Virus record (IMG/VR): IMGVR_UViG_3300007513_001104
Reading direction: 5' to 3' (one strand)
Source of the DNA: a virus
Length of the DNA: 64,000 nt
In this document: in pieces, positions 1-10,696 of the stretch
Position numbering within the stretch: the stretch's first letter is position 1
How the letters are laid out: every line of letters begins with the position of its first letter
Notes under the pieces: model-generated
What the model saw: only the letters and a program-made list of their open reading frames with translations
Databases searched by the model: none
What the model was told of the DNA's origin: nothing
Made by a program: the position numbers and the translations under genes

Positions 1-171
1 TGCTTTTTTACCGTTAGGATATACTAAGGTAACGATTAGATGTTTGGCCTCTTTATGAGACCAATAAGGATCTTCAAATTTGTATTGAGGTTCTTTTTTA
101 GGTTCTTTATCTGGTGGTAAAACTTTTAATTTAGACTTGACGTTGCGTTTTACCTTTTTAGGCTTTGCCAT
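1..171 (-). CDS. Partial hypothetical protein, runs off the window (MAKPKKVKRNVKSKLKVLPPDKEPK...)
   Basis: Hand-translated; open from ATG at 171 to position 1; GGAGA Shine-Dalgarno at 176-180; TATAAATA at 196-203. Confidence 0.7.
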   Translation of the reverse strand, partial: MAKPKKVKRNVKSKLKVLPPDKEPKKEPQYKFEDPYWSHKEAKHLIVTLVYPNGKKA

Positions 172-195
172 AATATCTCCATAATATATAAAACT

Positions 196-203
196 TATTT
201 ATA
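196..203 (-). promoter_or_regulatory. T4-type late promoter TATAAATA
   Basis: Exact consensus, intergenic, oriented towards the downstream ORF. Confidence 0.75.
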
Positions 204-1433
204 CTAAGCTGTTCTCAACCATAATTTATAGGTGGCCACGTTTTCTTCTGTTGTTGTAATTGTGTCACCTGCATAATATCCTGTGTATGTTCCTGAATAT
301 GTGCCTGAGTATGCTGAGGTTCCTGTATAGTATCCTGTATAACTTCCGGAATAAGCTCCTGAGTATGTACCTGAGTAGTTTTTAGCTCCTGTATAAAACC
401 CTGTATAAGAACCTGTATAATATCCTGTGTAAGTTGTACCAGCGTAACCTGAGTAGTCTGCTGCGTAGTTACCTGTATATGCTCCGGAGTAAGCTCCTGA
501 GTATGCTGAGGTTCCTGTGTATGTTCCTGTATAGTTACCTGTATAACTTCCGGAGTAAGCTCCTGAGTACGCTTTAGCTCCTGTATAGTTGCCTGTATAA
601 CTTCCGGTGTAATTTCCTGTGTAGCCTGTTGATGCTACTGCATGTCTTGTATCTGTAAATGTTTCACCTTGTGCAGCCCAAGTTCCTGTTTCACTTGGTG
701 CGCCTGATTGTATTTTGTATGTTCCAACGCCTTGTGTACTTCCAAAGTTTTCTACAATTCTGTTTCTAAAGTTAGGAACAATTTGTTCCATCTCGGATGC
801 TGACATTTCTTTAATGCTTGTGCCATCAACCTTACAAGGTTTGTAATTGTCAACTGCTGCTGTTGTTGCTGTTGTTTTTTGCCAAATATATTTAGTAGCT
901 TCTGTTTCATCTACTTGAGTATCTGTTATTGTGTATCTGGATGTCCAAGTTCCACCAGCTGGTGCTGATGCTGCTAGAGTATAGTGACCTGTTACATAAT
1001 TGCCTTGAGCAACCATGTCTGCTATAACTTTATCTATTAAATCTGAATCTAATTCTGAATCTGTAAACTCATGTATTCCTACTGTTCCTGAAGATTCATA
1101 ACCAACCGGTCTGTTAGTAATACTTTCTGACGCTGCTCCTGTAACCTGTTTACCTGTGTAAGTAACTGTGGTTAATGCTCCTGTTGCTGGGTGAGTTCCT
1201 ATTGCTTCTTGTCTTTTTGTATCTGTTATAGTTCCAATAGTTGTCCCTGCGCCTGATGCGTTTGTTGTAATGTTTAATTCAGCTGTACCTGTTCCATCAG
1301 TATTGTCTGAGAAATCTTTTGTTATTATTGCCGAATAATATTGTTCAATTTCAGTATCCGTCATTTCTTGTAACCCTTGGAAGTTACTTGAACTAACTGG
1401 ATATGCTGAAGCTTTAATTTTTAGTGGTCTCAT
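204..1433 (-). CDS. Putative virion structural/fibre protein with three internal repeats and a C-terminal xY(T/S)G repeat tract
   Basis: Thr/Gly/Ser rich; in the tail gene block; repeats GLQEMTDTEIE / GIHEFTDSELD / SIKEMSASEME. Confidence 0.6.
   Translation of the reverse strand: MRPLKIKASAYPVSSSNFQGLQEMTDTEIEQYYSAIITKDFSDNTDGTGTAELNITTNASGAGTTIGTITDTKRQEAIGTHPATGALTTVTYTGKQVTGAASESITNRPVGYESSGTVGIHEFTDSELDSDLIDKVIADMVAQGNYVTGHYTLAASAPAGGTWTSRYTITDTQVDETEATKYIWQKTTATTAAVDNYKPCKVDGTSIKEMSASEMEQIVPNFRNRIVENFGSTQGVGTYKIQSGAPSETGTWAAQGETFTDTRHAVASTGYTGNYTGSYTGNYTGAKAYSGAYSGSYTGNYTGTYTGTSAYSGAYSGAYTGNYAADYSGYAGTTYTGYYTGSYTGFYTGAKNYSGTYSGAYSGSYTGYYTGTSAYSGTYSGTYTGYYAGDTITTTEENVATYKLWLRTA
268..626 (-). 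repeat. Coding 12-bp-period repeat encoding about 26 xY(T/S)G tetrapeptides
   Basis: NYTG SYTG AYSG TYSG etc.; longer direct repeats such as ctgtataacttccgga(a/g)taagctcctgagta. Confidence 0.95.
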
Positions 1434-1434
1434 C

Positions 1435-1950
1435 TTAGTTTACCCTAGTTCCTGATGAATTATATATAACAACAGGACTCATCCTGTTCCACTTGGTTGC
1501 TGATACTCCTACCAATGTCAAACTATGTCCAGGTCCTAAGTTTATAGCTGCATTAGCTGACTCAGAATCTATGCTTTCGCTTGCATATGGATAGATCTTA
1601 ATATTGACTGCTGTGCTATTCAGTATGAATGCCTCCAATCCTACCGCCACGTCTGGAAGTTTAACCCCTTGGTCTGCTGATGCTGATGCTACTATGTTAT
1701 ACGTCTTTGTAAGAGCTGTTGCTGCACCTTGAGTTGATCCAGCTGCTGTAACTGACGCCGATGTACTTAGTATTGAACCTCCACCTACGGTTAAAGTTGA
1801 TGTAGTAGTAACAGTAGAACCCGAGATTGTACCTGCCGATATGTTATCGCCTGATTGGTATTTGTCAGTATTAAGATTCGTAAAGTTAGTATCTACTTCC
1901 GTATTGGTAAGCGGACTACCTTTTACTGATCTTAATGTTAATGTACTCAT
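1435..1950 (-). CDS. Tail fibre-like structural protein
   Basis: N-terminus TLRSVKGSPLTNTEVDTNFTNLN resembles the fibre attachment motif of marine T4-like phages. Confidence 0.6.
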   Translation of the reverse strand: MSTLTLRSVKGSPLTNTEVDTNFTNLNTDKYQSGDNISAGTISGSTVTTTSTLTVGGGSILSTSASVTAAGSTQGAATALTKTYNIVASASADQGVKLPDVAVGLEAFILNSTAVNIKIYPYASESIDSESANAAINLGPGHSLTLVGVSATKWNRMSPVVIYNSSGTRVN

Positions 1951-1961
1951 TTAATCCCTGC

Positions 1962-2192
1962 CTATTTAATTTTATTGACTATTACTTCTAAAGTCGCCCT
2001 TATTTCCGTAATCTCTGACTTTAAAGTATTTATATCATTTTCATACTCTAGAATTTGATTCATTTGTTTCTTTTGAATTTTGTATGCTTTAAGTCCTTCA
2101 TAATTACGACTAAGTATTGCCTTAGAATTTTTATCTCTGACAAGATCTCTCTCGCCTTCTATGTTTATAATATCTTTTATTTGTTCTGCCAT
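1962..2192 (-). CDS. Small conserved T4-like coiled-coil protein
   Basis: LVRDxxSKAIL motif plus a C-terminal heptad pattern; usual position after the DUF4815 gene. Confidence 0.6.
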   Translation of the reverse strand: MAEQIKDIINIEGERDLVRDKNSKAILSRNYEGLKAYKIQKKQMNQILEYENDINTLKSEITEIRATLEVIVNKIK

Positions 2193-2193
2193 A

Positions 2194-5100
2194 TTAAACC
2201 TGTAATGCTATGGCTCGTAAGTCCTTAAACTTAGGAACCTTAGTGGTATCTGTTGAAAGTGGCACAATCTTAACTGCAAAAGTCTTATATCCTGTGTGTG
2301 TAATGTTTCCTATCGTTGATGTGGCTGCTGCTGAAGAGCCATCTCCTGTTATAGTAACCGTGGGAGCGGATGTATATCCTCTTCCAGGGTTAGTAACTTT
2401 AATTCCACTGATTGTTCCACTACTAATCTCTGCTTTTGCTGTTGCTCCAAAACCACCACCGCCAGATATTGTTACGGTGGCTGTTGAATATCCACTTCCT
2501 GCTGTACCAACTGAAATTGCTGTAACAGAACTTAGTACATATTCAAAAATACTTGTAGATGCGTTAGTTCCTGCTGCGTTTGAACCACGTGCAGGTATTG
2601 AATAACTATATTCTGCAAATCCTTCTGTCTGTTCTGCTGGTGAAGTATTAGCTGTTAGTTCTGTCCAATTTAAATCTTCTTGGAAGTTTCCAGGATCTGC
2701 TGCGTTTTGGAATTTACCATAAACTTTAATGCTTCCTGTGTTTGGAATTGCTGCTTCTAAATAAACCTGTAAATCTTCTGCGTCCATACCTTCTTCTAAT
2801 ACAACACGTCTAGAAATATATCTAGATGATGCTGAGCCTCCTACTCTACCATCTTCTCCTGTAGCTGTATTGTTGACTTCGTTTTTAATACATAACAAGT
2901 CTGCTTGATCTATCTCAATAATTGGAGAAACGTTATCATTAAATGTAGAGAATGTTATCTTAGCTCTTGCTGTCTGTGTAGTCGAATAGTTGACTACTTC
3001 ATTTGTTCTACTGTAAATTGTTTTCTCTTTTGCTAGTGTATGTGTTGTTCCAAAATCTACGTCTTGGTATGAAGTTGTATTGGCTGACCCTGCTCCTGTA
3101 TCTGTTAATGCTAGTTTGCAAGTAGCTGTTGTTCCTTCTCCTGGTTGTAATATGCCAAAGTTAGGTGCTATATCATTAACTACTTTATCTGTAAACCCAC
3201 TTATTGTTGCATAACCGTCTGCGTTACCAACAACATCTCCTACTGTAAAATGTCCAGATTTAAGAACTGTGTGGGCATAGTTGTATAAGTTATCCCAAAA
3301 GTCTACTCTACCTTTATTAAGTCTTAATGTTGCTGTAGCTGTTGTTGTTCCGGCAGCTATTGTTATTGTTGGTGCAATATTATAACCCGATCCTGGGTTT
3401 GTAACTGTTAATCCTGTTACTGCTCCTCCTGAAATTACTGCTGTTAATGCTAATCCTGTTCCGCCTGTGCCTGTGTTTGTAACTGTAACAGCTGGTGCTG
3501 AGCTATAACCCGATCCACCTGCTGTAATTGTAGGTGTAAATCCAACTAGGTTTTTACCTGGACTGAATTTTTTAGCAGCAAAAGACCAACTTGTATCTGT
3601 AAAGTTTAACCAATCAATGGGTTCAGTTATTAAGTGTCCTGAATATGCTTGATCCTTCTTAAACCTACATCTCCTTATTTTAAACATTATGTCTTTGTTT
3701 TGATGTGGGCTCCATGTTCTATCGTTAGCTGAGCTGAACATCATGCCTGCTGCAGGTTGTTTTGAAATTCTTGTTGTTGTTCCGTATTGGTTTTCACCTA
3801 ATTGTGCTATCCAAATCTCAAATCCTTTGTCGTCGTTCTCTGGTTTTGGAACAAAACAATATTCTGTATTATTTTTTAAGTAAACAGGATCTGGGAAACT
3901 AAATACAGTTGGAGTATATGTTGTAGTTCCACCTGATGTTGATGATAAATTAATTTGTGCTGCTGGTAAATATTTTATTCCATTAGGAATGGTTCTAGGT
4001 CCGGGTACTCCATTAACCACTTCTCTAAGTTCCATTGTAACACCATTGGTTCCTTTTGTTTTAAAGTAAATCTCGACGTCTGAAATAAATACTCCGCCAG
4101 GGACTCCGTGGACTGTAAATGTTTGTGCTAGTGGATCAACCCATGGATTATACCCACCACCTCCATTCATGGCCAAAGAGATATCTAACTCTTCCATAAA
4201 ATCCAATTGGCCATCTGTTACTCCCGTATTCCAAGTAACGCCTACAGGCTCATTTGTGGGTGCTAGACAAGTCATGTCTGGCATAACTTCTACAGGCTCG
4301 AATGCCGGTACTACTGTGATATCCGGGATAGTAGTAATTACAGTTTCTATTACATGAGGAGCTCCTGGTGGGCCTTCTGCTCCTGTTGGGCCTGGTAATC
4401 CTGGCAATCCTGTTGGTCCAGGTGGGCCTGTTGGTCCGGGTGGGCCTGGAGGCATATTAGCAACGTCTTCTATAAGTTGTTCAACAGATGCTAATCCGGC
4501 TGCAACAGCTGCATCTGTCTGGGCTTGCCAGTCTGATAAGTCTACTGCTTCTGCAGGGGTTCCTGGAGAACCAGGTGGGCCTGGTGGGCCAGCGTCGCCT
4601 GTTTGTCCTACCGGTCCAGGCTCTCCTGTGGGTCCTGGTGCTCCTACGACGTTTGTAATTTCGTGTATAATAACAGGTGCTGGAGGAGGGGGCAACGGTG
4701 TGCCTGCTCCTATTGAAATTTCAACACTTGTATCTGTCATCACTCTATCTCCTGAGTGATATGTCGGTGTTACGTTTGCTGTTTTAAGAGCAAGTATTGT
4801 GTCTTGTGTTTTTTGTCTTAATCCTGAAGATTCATAATTAGCAGTTGAAGTTGTTCTTGCTAATGCATCGTTGTTATTTACATCGTCTGTTAATTTAAAT
4901 ACCTTGACACCTGTTTTAAATTGTCCTGAAGGAATTAAAAATTGTCCAAAGCATGTGCCATTTGCATCTGTTGTTATTGTTCCACCCAATGTTCCTGCTG
5001 AGTTTGTAACGTGTGCTGATACATCTTCTCCATCAAAGAATGGATAAACTACTGTGTTTGGTTTTAATCTTATACAATTAAATACAACATTTACTTCTCT

Positions 5101-8100
5101 CATAAATGGACTAAAAGATACATCTACTACACTTTCACCTAAACTCTGTGTCTGAGTTGAAGCGCTTATATCTATACCTACGCCTGTTCTTGTTTGTGAT
5201 TGTGCTGTTGTTGTCGTTGTAAATAGTGAGCTATTGCTTGTTCCTTCTCCACTATTGTTTGTTCCATGCGTATTTAACTCTTGTGATACCGTCGATACTA
5301 CGTTAGCTGCTCCGCTGTTTTCCCAGGCGCCCCATTGCGTGCCCCATGCGTTTGACATGTTCTCCCATGCATCGTAGTTACCATCAAAGTTTTTAGTAAC
5401 TGCTGGTTGGACATCTGTTGCCACAAAGTTATCTAGGTTTGGTGTTAAAACCATATCCCCAACATAGTGGAACGTTAATTCTTTTGCTAAATTCTCTATT
5501 TGTGAAGCTTCTTGCTGTGATCTAAATTCTACAATGTCATACGGTAGTGAAATTGTTCTACCTGTTTGTGCTAATGTAGCCGTTGAATTAGCCGCTCCTA
5601 TATCAGTAAATGTTCTTAATGATATATTTTCCATTGAGAAAAACGGTCTTGCATGTTTCTTAACCGGATCAATTGATATTTTATAATCCGGATCTAATAC
5701 TGCTCCTACATTATGTCCTGTAAATGGATCTACTAAGATGCCATTTTTAAATCTGTCTGTGCCTGATGCATTTGTAATTGTTTGGTCTTTTGCGTATGTT
5801 TCTAATAAATTTAGTGAAGCGTAATACTCTAAGTTTTTAATACGAGTTTCTAACGTACTAATATCTTGCATTGTAAAACGTTTGTATGCCACTTGATGTA
5901 CTGTAGCACCTAAGTCTGATCTTCCTACTAACTTGGCCGCTGTTGTTCCTAAACAAGGATAAGGTGGTAAGTTAATAGTGGCCAGGGTCATGGATTTCTC
6001 AGGCTCTACCGGTAGTATAGGATCGTCTGCGTATGCTCCCTCTACTTGTCTAATTTTACCATCAAAGTCACATATTACTCTTAATTTTTTGCCCTGCCAA
6101 TATGAAAAGTCTGTTGTAAATGTTTTAACTGGTACCGGGAATGTAATTCCATTTCCTGGTCTATCAATTTCTTCTAAAGCGTCTGGATTTATAGGAGCTG
6201 ATCCTAATGTAGCATTAGGTGTTGCTGTGTCTGTCATCCTTGGACGGAAGTCAATAGTATTTCTTAAATCATAATCTCCTATTACACTTGATCTGTAAAT
6301 TGGTAGTTCTTCTGTTCTTATTGTATTGGCTGCTGGTGTAGTAGTATCGTCTACTGGATAACTATCTAAACACATAAAAGTTCCGCCACCAGATGCAACT
6401 GTATGTGTAAAGTATGAAAACTTAACAACCACATATCTGTTTGTTGCTAGATTTACTGTTGCTGTAGACTTCTTAAATATCTTGGCATGGCCATAATAGT
6501 TATCTCTTTGTCCATTATCAAATCTAAATTGATCTGTAACTTCGTCTGCTGCTGCTACCGAGTAAGCAGATGAGCTTGCCCAAACTCCTTCAAGTTTGTA
6601 ACCATCTGAAACTCCTAAATTCATTTCTCCTGTTGAGCCATTAGCGTTTGAGTTTGTATCTACTTTAATGTAAACATTTTGTACTAATGCTTTTGCTACA
6701 GGTGTTGTGTCTGTTTTTAATACATTCACATAAACTCTAACTTTATCACTCTGTCCGCCTGCTGTTGTTACTGTTGTTCCTAAATCAATCCTCATTGATG
6801 TAGATGAAGAACACTTAACTGATGCGTTAGAGTTACTAGAGGTTAGGTCAATGTACTGTCCTGCTGTTCTGTTATTTCCTGTTGTTAAATCAAAACCATC
6901 TTGTGCAATTGCTATAATATTGGCTGATTTAATAGTGTCTGTTAATTCTGTGTTTGATGTATCGTAAGGGAAAGTTTCGTCGCCTGTTAGTGTCAGGTCT
7001 ACATAAGCTCCTGATGCATTTAATGTAACATCAAATTCTTTTGTATATTGATACGTGGTGTCATATGTTCCGCCAGCTGCTGCCTTTAATGTTTTAATAT
7101 GATTGTAAGGCATGGCAAACAACATTTTATTTGCTGATGCTTCTTTAATTGTTGCTTTTGAACTTGTTAATACTGTATTAGCTATACCATCTGCTGCGGT
7201 GTTTTCATATCTTACGCCTTTGACGTCACCAAATTCACCACTAACTAAATGGATATCATACAAATATAATTTATATACTGCAGCATTTGCTCCTGCTGTT
7301 CCACTTTTATAAACAATATGTCTAGCTTTTGCTGTTCCTATTTTTGTTCCTGCTGCTGATGCTGCTCCGTCTTGTACTGTGTCATATAAATCTATTGTTC
7401 CGCCACCATCTATATCCCAAAATCCTGATACACGACTTATTTCTGTGTAATTACCAAAAGAAGTTGATATTGGCATACCATCTTTAGTTACTACACCTTC
7501 AGGTTTTCTTATAACTAGACGCTTGGTTGATTGTAATGTTCGTTTAAAACCACCAACGTAAGATTTACCTGGTGCAATTCCTAATACAAGTCCTTCTCTA
7601 TTTCCGCTTTTAGCTGCTGTGTAAACACCACCATTGGTATTAGCTGCGTTTTGTAAATGTTCTCTAACATCTACTGTCATTCCATGTACTGTATAATTAC
7701 CTGATTCGTCGTAAGTTCTGTTTGCTAAAACTTGTCCTACACCTGAGAGTGGATTATCTTTAACTTTATTTCTAATAATTCCACCATCTTGAATTCTTAA
7801 ATACAAATACCAATCATCAGGTTTAGGTATATCTGGATGGAAAGATCTTAAAGTAGCCATAAGGAGCATTCTATCTGCTCCAGGAGCGTTATAGTTATAA
7901 GACCCTTGTGCAGGATCTAGTAAACTTGTATCTATTGCCGATGTCTGGGCTGCTTCATATAATTGGAAACCAACTAATTTTTCATTATACTTAGACCATC
8001 TATCCATTAAGTTATGAATTCTTGTTGTTCTAATAAAATGGCCTCTTGCATAAATAATGCCTGGCTCTAAAATTATTTCATGTGTTTTACCAAAGTATTT

Positions 8101-8619
8101 GGCTTGTTCGTTTGTTGTTGTTCCTGTGTGAACAATGAATGTATCACCATTTCTTGAGGAATCTGTTGACGTTACTGTTAGAGTTTCGCCTGTTGTAAAA
8201 TGGTCATAAGTAGTAGATGATGTATTATAATTAAAATATAATTGTTTTGTTACAGGTGCTCCGCTTTCAGTTCCTTGTTCTGTATGTGCTATAACTGCTG
8301 TTAAACCAGAAGTGCCACCTGTTAGTGTGTCCCCTACATAGTTTGCTAATGTAGAATTATCAACAGCAGCCGAGGAGGCGTCTGTGTCTTTAATTTTAAC
8401 CCAATGTCTTTCTAGTATTTGTTCGGCACACCCAGCAACTACTGCACCGTCTTGAATCATAAATCCAAAACCTTTGTCTAACTGGTCTTGTAAAATTGAT
8501 TGTAGTTGTGTAAGTTCTCTTGCTTGTACTGCAACACCAGGCTTAAAAAGAACTCTATGAAAGTTCTTATAGTCGCTAAAATCGTCGTAATATGGTGATG
8601 CGTTTAAATTTAATGCCAT
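2194..8619 (-). CDS. Large virion/baseplate structural protein (DUF4815 / VrlC-like) with a collagen-like insertion
   Basis: N-terminus [31 protein letters not shown]; RTYDESGNY; [12 protein letters not shown]; DPLAQTF; C-terminus DLRAIAL. Confidence 0.85.
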   Translation of the reverse strand: MALNLNASPYYDDFSDYKNFHRVLFKPGVAVQARELTQLQSILQDQLDKGFGFMIQDGAVVAGCAEQILERHWVKIKDTDASSAAVDNSTLANYVGDTLTGGTSGLTAVIAHTEQGTESGAPVTKQLYFNYNTSSTTYDHFTTGETLTVTSTDSSRNGDTFIVHTGTTTNEQAKYFGKTHEIILEPGIIYARGHFIRTTRIHNLMDRWSKYNEKLVGFQLYEAAQTSAIDTSLLDPAQGSYNYNAPGADRMLLMATLRSFHPDIPKPDDWYLYLRIQDGGIIRNKVKDNPLSGVGQVLANRTYDESGNYTVHGMTVDVREHLQNAANTNGGVYTAAKSGNREGLVLGIAPGKSYVGGFKRTLQSTKRLVIRKPEGVVTKDGMPISTSFGNYTEISRVSGFWDIDGGGTIDLYDTVQDGAASAAGTKIGTAKARHIVYKSGTAGANAAVYKLYLYDIHLVSGEFGDVKGVRYENTAADGIANTVLTSSKATIKEASANKMLFAMPYNHIKTLKAAAGGTYDTTYQYTKEFDVTLNASGAYVDLTLTGDETFPYDTSNTELTDTIKSANIIAIAQDGFDLTTGNNRTAGQYIDLTSSNSNASVKCSSSTSMRIDLGTTVTTAGGQSDKVRVYVNVLKTDTTPVAKALVQNVYIKVDTNSNANGSTGEMNLGVSDGYKLEGVWASSSAYSVAAADEVTDQFRFDNGQRDNYYGHAKIFKKSTATVNLATNRYVVVKFSYFTHTVASGGGTFMCLDSYPVDDTTTPAANTIRTEELPIYRSSVIGDYDLRNTIDFRPRMTDTATPNATLGSAPINPDALEEIDRPGNGITFPVPVKTFTTDFSYWQGKKLRVICDFDGKIRQVEGAYADDPILPVEPEKSMTLATINLPPYPCLGTTAAKLVGRSDLGATVHQVAYKRFTMQDISTLETRIKNLEYYASLNLLETYAKDQTITNASGTDRFKNGILVDPFTGHNVGAVLDPDYKISIDPVKKHARPFFSMENISLRTFTDIGAANSTATLAQTGRTISLPYDIVEFRSQQEASQIENLAKELTFHYVGDMVLTPNLDNFVATDVQPAVTKNFDGNYDAWENMSNAWGTQWGAWENSGAANVVSTVSQELNTHGTNNSGEGTSNSSLFTTTTTAQSQTRTGVGIDISASTQTQSLGESVVDVSFSPFMREVNVVFNCIRLKPNTVVYPFFDGEDVSAHVTNSAGTLGGTITTDANGTCFGQFLIPSGQFKTGVKVFKLTDDVNNNDALARTTSTANYESSGLRQKTQDTILALKTANVTPTYHSGDRVMTDTSVEISIGAGTPLPPPPAPVIIHEITNVVGAPGPTGEPGPVGQTGDAGPPGPPGSPGTPAEAVDLSDWQAQTDAAVAAGLASVEQLIEDVANMPPGPPGPTGPPGPTGLPGLPGPTGAEGPPGAPHVIETVITTIPDITVVPAFEPVEVMPDMTCLAPTNEPVGVTWNTGVTDGQLDFMEELDISLAMNGGGGYNPWVDPLAQTFTVHGVPGGVFISDVEIYFKTKGTNGVTMELREVVNGVPGPRTIPNGIKYLPAAQINLSSTSGGTTTYTPTVFSFPDPVYLKNNTEYCFVPKPENDDKGFEIWIAQLGENQYGTTTRISKQPAAGMMFSSANDRTWSPHQNKDIMFKIRRCRFKKDQAYSGHLITEPIDWLNFTDTSWSFAAKKFSPGKNLVGFTPTITAGGSGYSSAPAVTVTNTGTGGTGLALTAVISGGAVTGLTVTNPGSGYNIAPTITIAAGTTTATATLRLNKGRVDFWDNLYNYAHTVLKSGHFTVGDVVGNADGYATISGFTDKVVNDIAPNFGILQPGEGTTATCKLALTDTGAGSANTTSYQDVDFGTTHTLAKEKTIYSRTNEVVNYSTTQTARAKITFSTFNDNVSPIIEIDQADLLCIKNEVNNTATGEDGRVGGSASSRYISRRVVLEEGMDAEDLQVYLEAAIPNTGSIKVYGKFQNAADPGNFQEDLNWTELTANTSPAEQTEGFAEYSYSIPARGSNAAGTNASTSIFEYVLSSVTAISVGTAGSGYSTATVTISGGGGFGATAKAEISSGTISGIKVTNPGRGYTSAPTVTITGDGSSAAATSTIGNITHTGYKTFAVKIVPLSTDTTKVPKFKDLRAIALQV
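4360..4645 (-). repeat. Two collagen-like (Gly-X-Y)n blocks
   Basis: [30 protein letters not shown] and [30 protein letters not shown]. Confidence 0.9.
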
Positions 8620-8624
8620 TTTTG

Positions 8625-10211
8625 TTAAAACCTAATCAATGCTTTTATTTGTTCTACTTGGTCTGCCGATCTTGTAATAGGAGACCTGTTATCTAAGTAA
8701 ATAATTTCTCCGGTTGCATTATCAACTTCCGGTACTGTAACACTATTTATACTCAAACCTGTCAAACTCTTGGTAGTATTTTCCAATGTTGATGAATTTG
8801 TAATTAAAGGAATAGATGCTGCTAAATAAACCTTCTTATTATCTTCGTCTATCTGTATAACAGTAAACTCACCGCCGTCATCTGTTTTAATTATATCATC
8901 TACAGCCCAATTTGATCCTAAGCTAGCTACTGTAATAATATAACAAGCTGTGCCTGTATTTGTTGTGTAAGTAACTGCTCCGGGTGTTTTAATGTTCTTA
9001 ATTAAGGCAAGTTGTCTAAAATCATTACCTAAAATTAAATCCCTATTTGTATTATCTGCAAATGATACTGTAAGTCCAAGATTATTTGCAAATAATTCTC
9101 GAGTTGCGTTAGAGCCATGTCCTCCTTGTGGAGATATAATTGCTCTAGCTGTAGCACCCGTTCCAGGTGCTGTTGTGTTAGTTATTGACATTGTTGCGTA
9201 TGAATAGTTTTGGCCCGGGTTTGTAACTCTAATACTTGTCAATGCTCCTGTTGTTTCATTAACATAAGCAGAAGCCTCAGCTCCTGTTCCGTCACCTGTT
9301 ATTGATATTACAACATCGCCTGTTGCATAATCTTGTCCGCCTGCTGTAAGAACTACTCTGTCTACTGTTCCTGCTACTGCTGCACCTTCTACAGCACTTT
9401 GTAATGCTGGTAAACTATCTGCGTCGCCTAAGTTTACAGTTCCGGCCGCGTTAGCTCCACCCCCGCCCGTAAACGCAACAAAGGCAAAACTATAACCACT
9501 ACCTGAAGAAGTTATCGTTACACCTGTAACTGCTCCTCCTGATATTGTAGCTGTGCCTGTTGCTCCTGTGCCATCACCAACAATAGCAGCAGTTGGAACA
9601 GAAGTATATCCTGATCCTCCCGCTGTTATCGTAATGCTATCAACTTCTCCATTGACATCATGTGTTGGATTTCCTGTTATTTTTCTAACAGGAATGTAAT
9701 CTGCGTCTAAAAATTTATTTTGATCGGAAGCTGATATTTGAAACATGAACTTCCAATTGTATTTGTCTGATAATTCGAACACAGATGTTCCTGTGCTTGT
9801 TGGTTTTACCGTTGAAGTACCATTCAAGTTATTAGATATACATTTATAAACCTTAAACTCATCGGTAACAACAAAGAAATTAGCTTCCGCTAAACTTTGT
9901 GCTCCCGAATTTGATTGATTACTAGACGAATATGTATCATCGTATTCGTCGTAAACTGTGCCGGATACCCAGTCAGTTCTATTTGCTAACATACAAATAT
10001 CTGCTGAGTCTATCCTTTGCGTGAACATCATACTACGTCTAAACTCTGATACATAAGCATCAGAATCAACAGGGCTCTCTGGAACAGTATCATCTGTCCA
10101 GGGTAATGTCCTGCCTACAGCAAAGTGGAAATAATCATTATTATTTTTTATATCTCTATAAAAAGATCTTGCTAATTCTACTCTACCTAGTCTGCGTAAT
10201 ACGAGTGCCAT
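8625..10211 (-). CDS. gp8: Baseplate wedge subunit gp8-like
   Basis: [46 protein letters not shown]. Confidence 0.85.
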   Translation of the reverse strand: MALVLRRLGRVELARSFYRDIKNNNDYFHFAVGRTLPWTDDTVPESPVDSDAYVSEFRRSMMFTQRIDSADICMLANRTDWVSGTVYDEYDDTYSSSNQSNSGAQSLAEANFFVVTDEFKVYKCISNNLNGTSTVKPTSTGTSVFELSDKYNWKFMFQISASDQNKFLDADYIPVRKITGNPTHDVNGEVDSITITAGGSGYTSVPTAAIVGDGTGATGTATISGGAVTGVTITSSGSGYSFAFVAFTGGGGANAAGTVNLGDADSLPALQSAVEGAAVAGTVDRVVLTAGGQDYATGDVVISITGDGTGAEASAYVNETTGALTSIRVTNPGQNYSYATMSITNTTAPGTGATARAIISPQGGHGSNATRELFANNLGLTVSFADNTNRDLILGNDFRQLALIKNIKTPGAVTYTTNTGTACYIITVASLGSNWAVDDIIKTDDGGEFTVIQIDEDNKKVYLAASIPLITNSSTLENTTKSLTGLSINSVTVPEVDNATGEIIYLDNRSPITRSADQVEQIKALIRF

Positions 10212-10222
10212 TTATTTCTCTA

Positions 10223-10666
10223 TTAAGAAATTGTTACTGTCCAAGTAATTGTCATTGAATCAGACGCGCCTTTATTTACAACCGAAAATACAGTCCTGCA
10301 TAAAAGAGTACCACCTGAAGCTGCATTTAATATGCCTGCTTCTGTAATAGCTCCAGTACCTGTGCCTGCTGCAAATGAGCAAACATAAGCTACTGCATTA
10401 CTTGTAACTGTTGTAGATGTAAGTGCAACACGAGCTGCTTCTGTACCTAAAGCGGTATTGCCTGAAGCTGCTGCTGATGTTCCTGTACCAATAGCCATAT
10501 GTGACATGGCTGTTGCTGAAGCATCTTTCATTCGGGATGCTATAAAGGCTAGGCCAGTGTCAACAACCAGGTTTTCTAATTCCCTAGTTTCTTTGACATT
10601 GCCCTGTTTGTCTTTGATTTCAACTTTAAGCTTACCTGTAGCTTTTGTCTCATCTTTTTTAAACAT
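10223..10666 (-). CDS. Small baseplate/tail-collar fibre-like structural protein
   Basis: NLVVDTG...MAIGTG...AITEAGIL...LLCRTVF pattern typical of tail-collar fibre N-terminal domains. Confidence 0.55.
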   Translation of the reverse strand: MFKKDETKATGKLKVEIKDKQGNVKETRELENLVVDTGLAFIASRMKDASATAMSHMAIGTGTSAAASGNTALGTEAARVALTSTTVTSNAVAYVCSFAAGTGTGAITEAGILNAASGGTLLCRTVFSVVNKGASDSMTITWTVTIS

Positions 10667-10696
10667 TTTAGTCTCCTAATCTATCTTTTGTTTATT

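Noticed and set aside
268-626. Diversity-generating retroelement template/variable repeat pair
   Set aside because: Both copies are in-frame in one gene, differences are not visibly adenine-specific, and no reverse transcriptase is in the window
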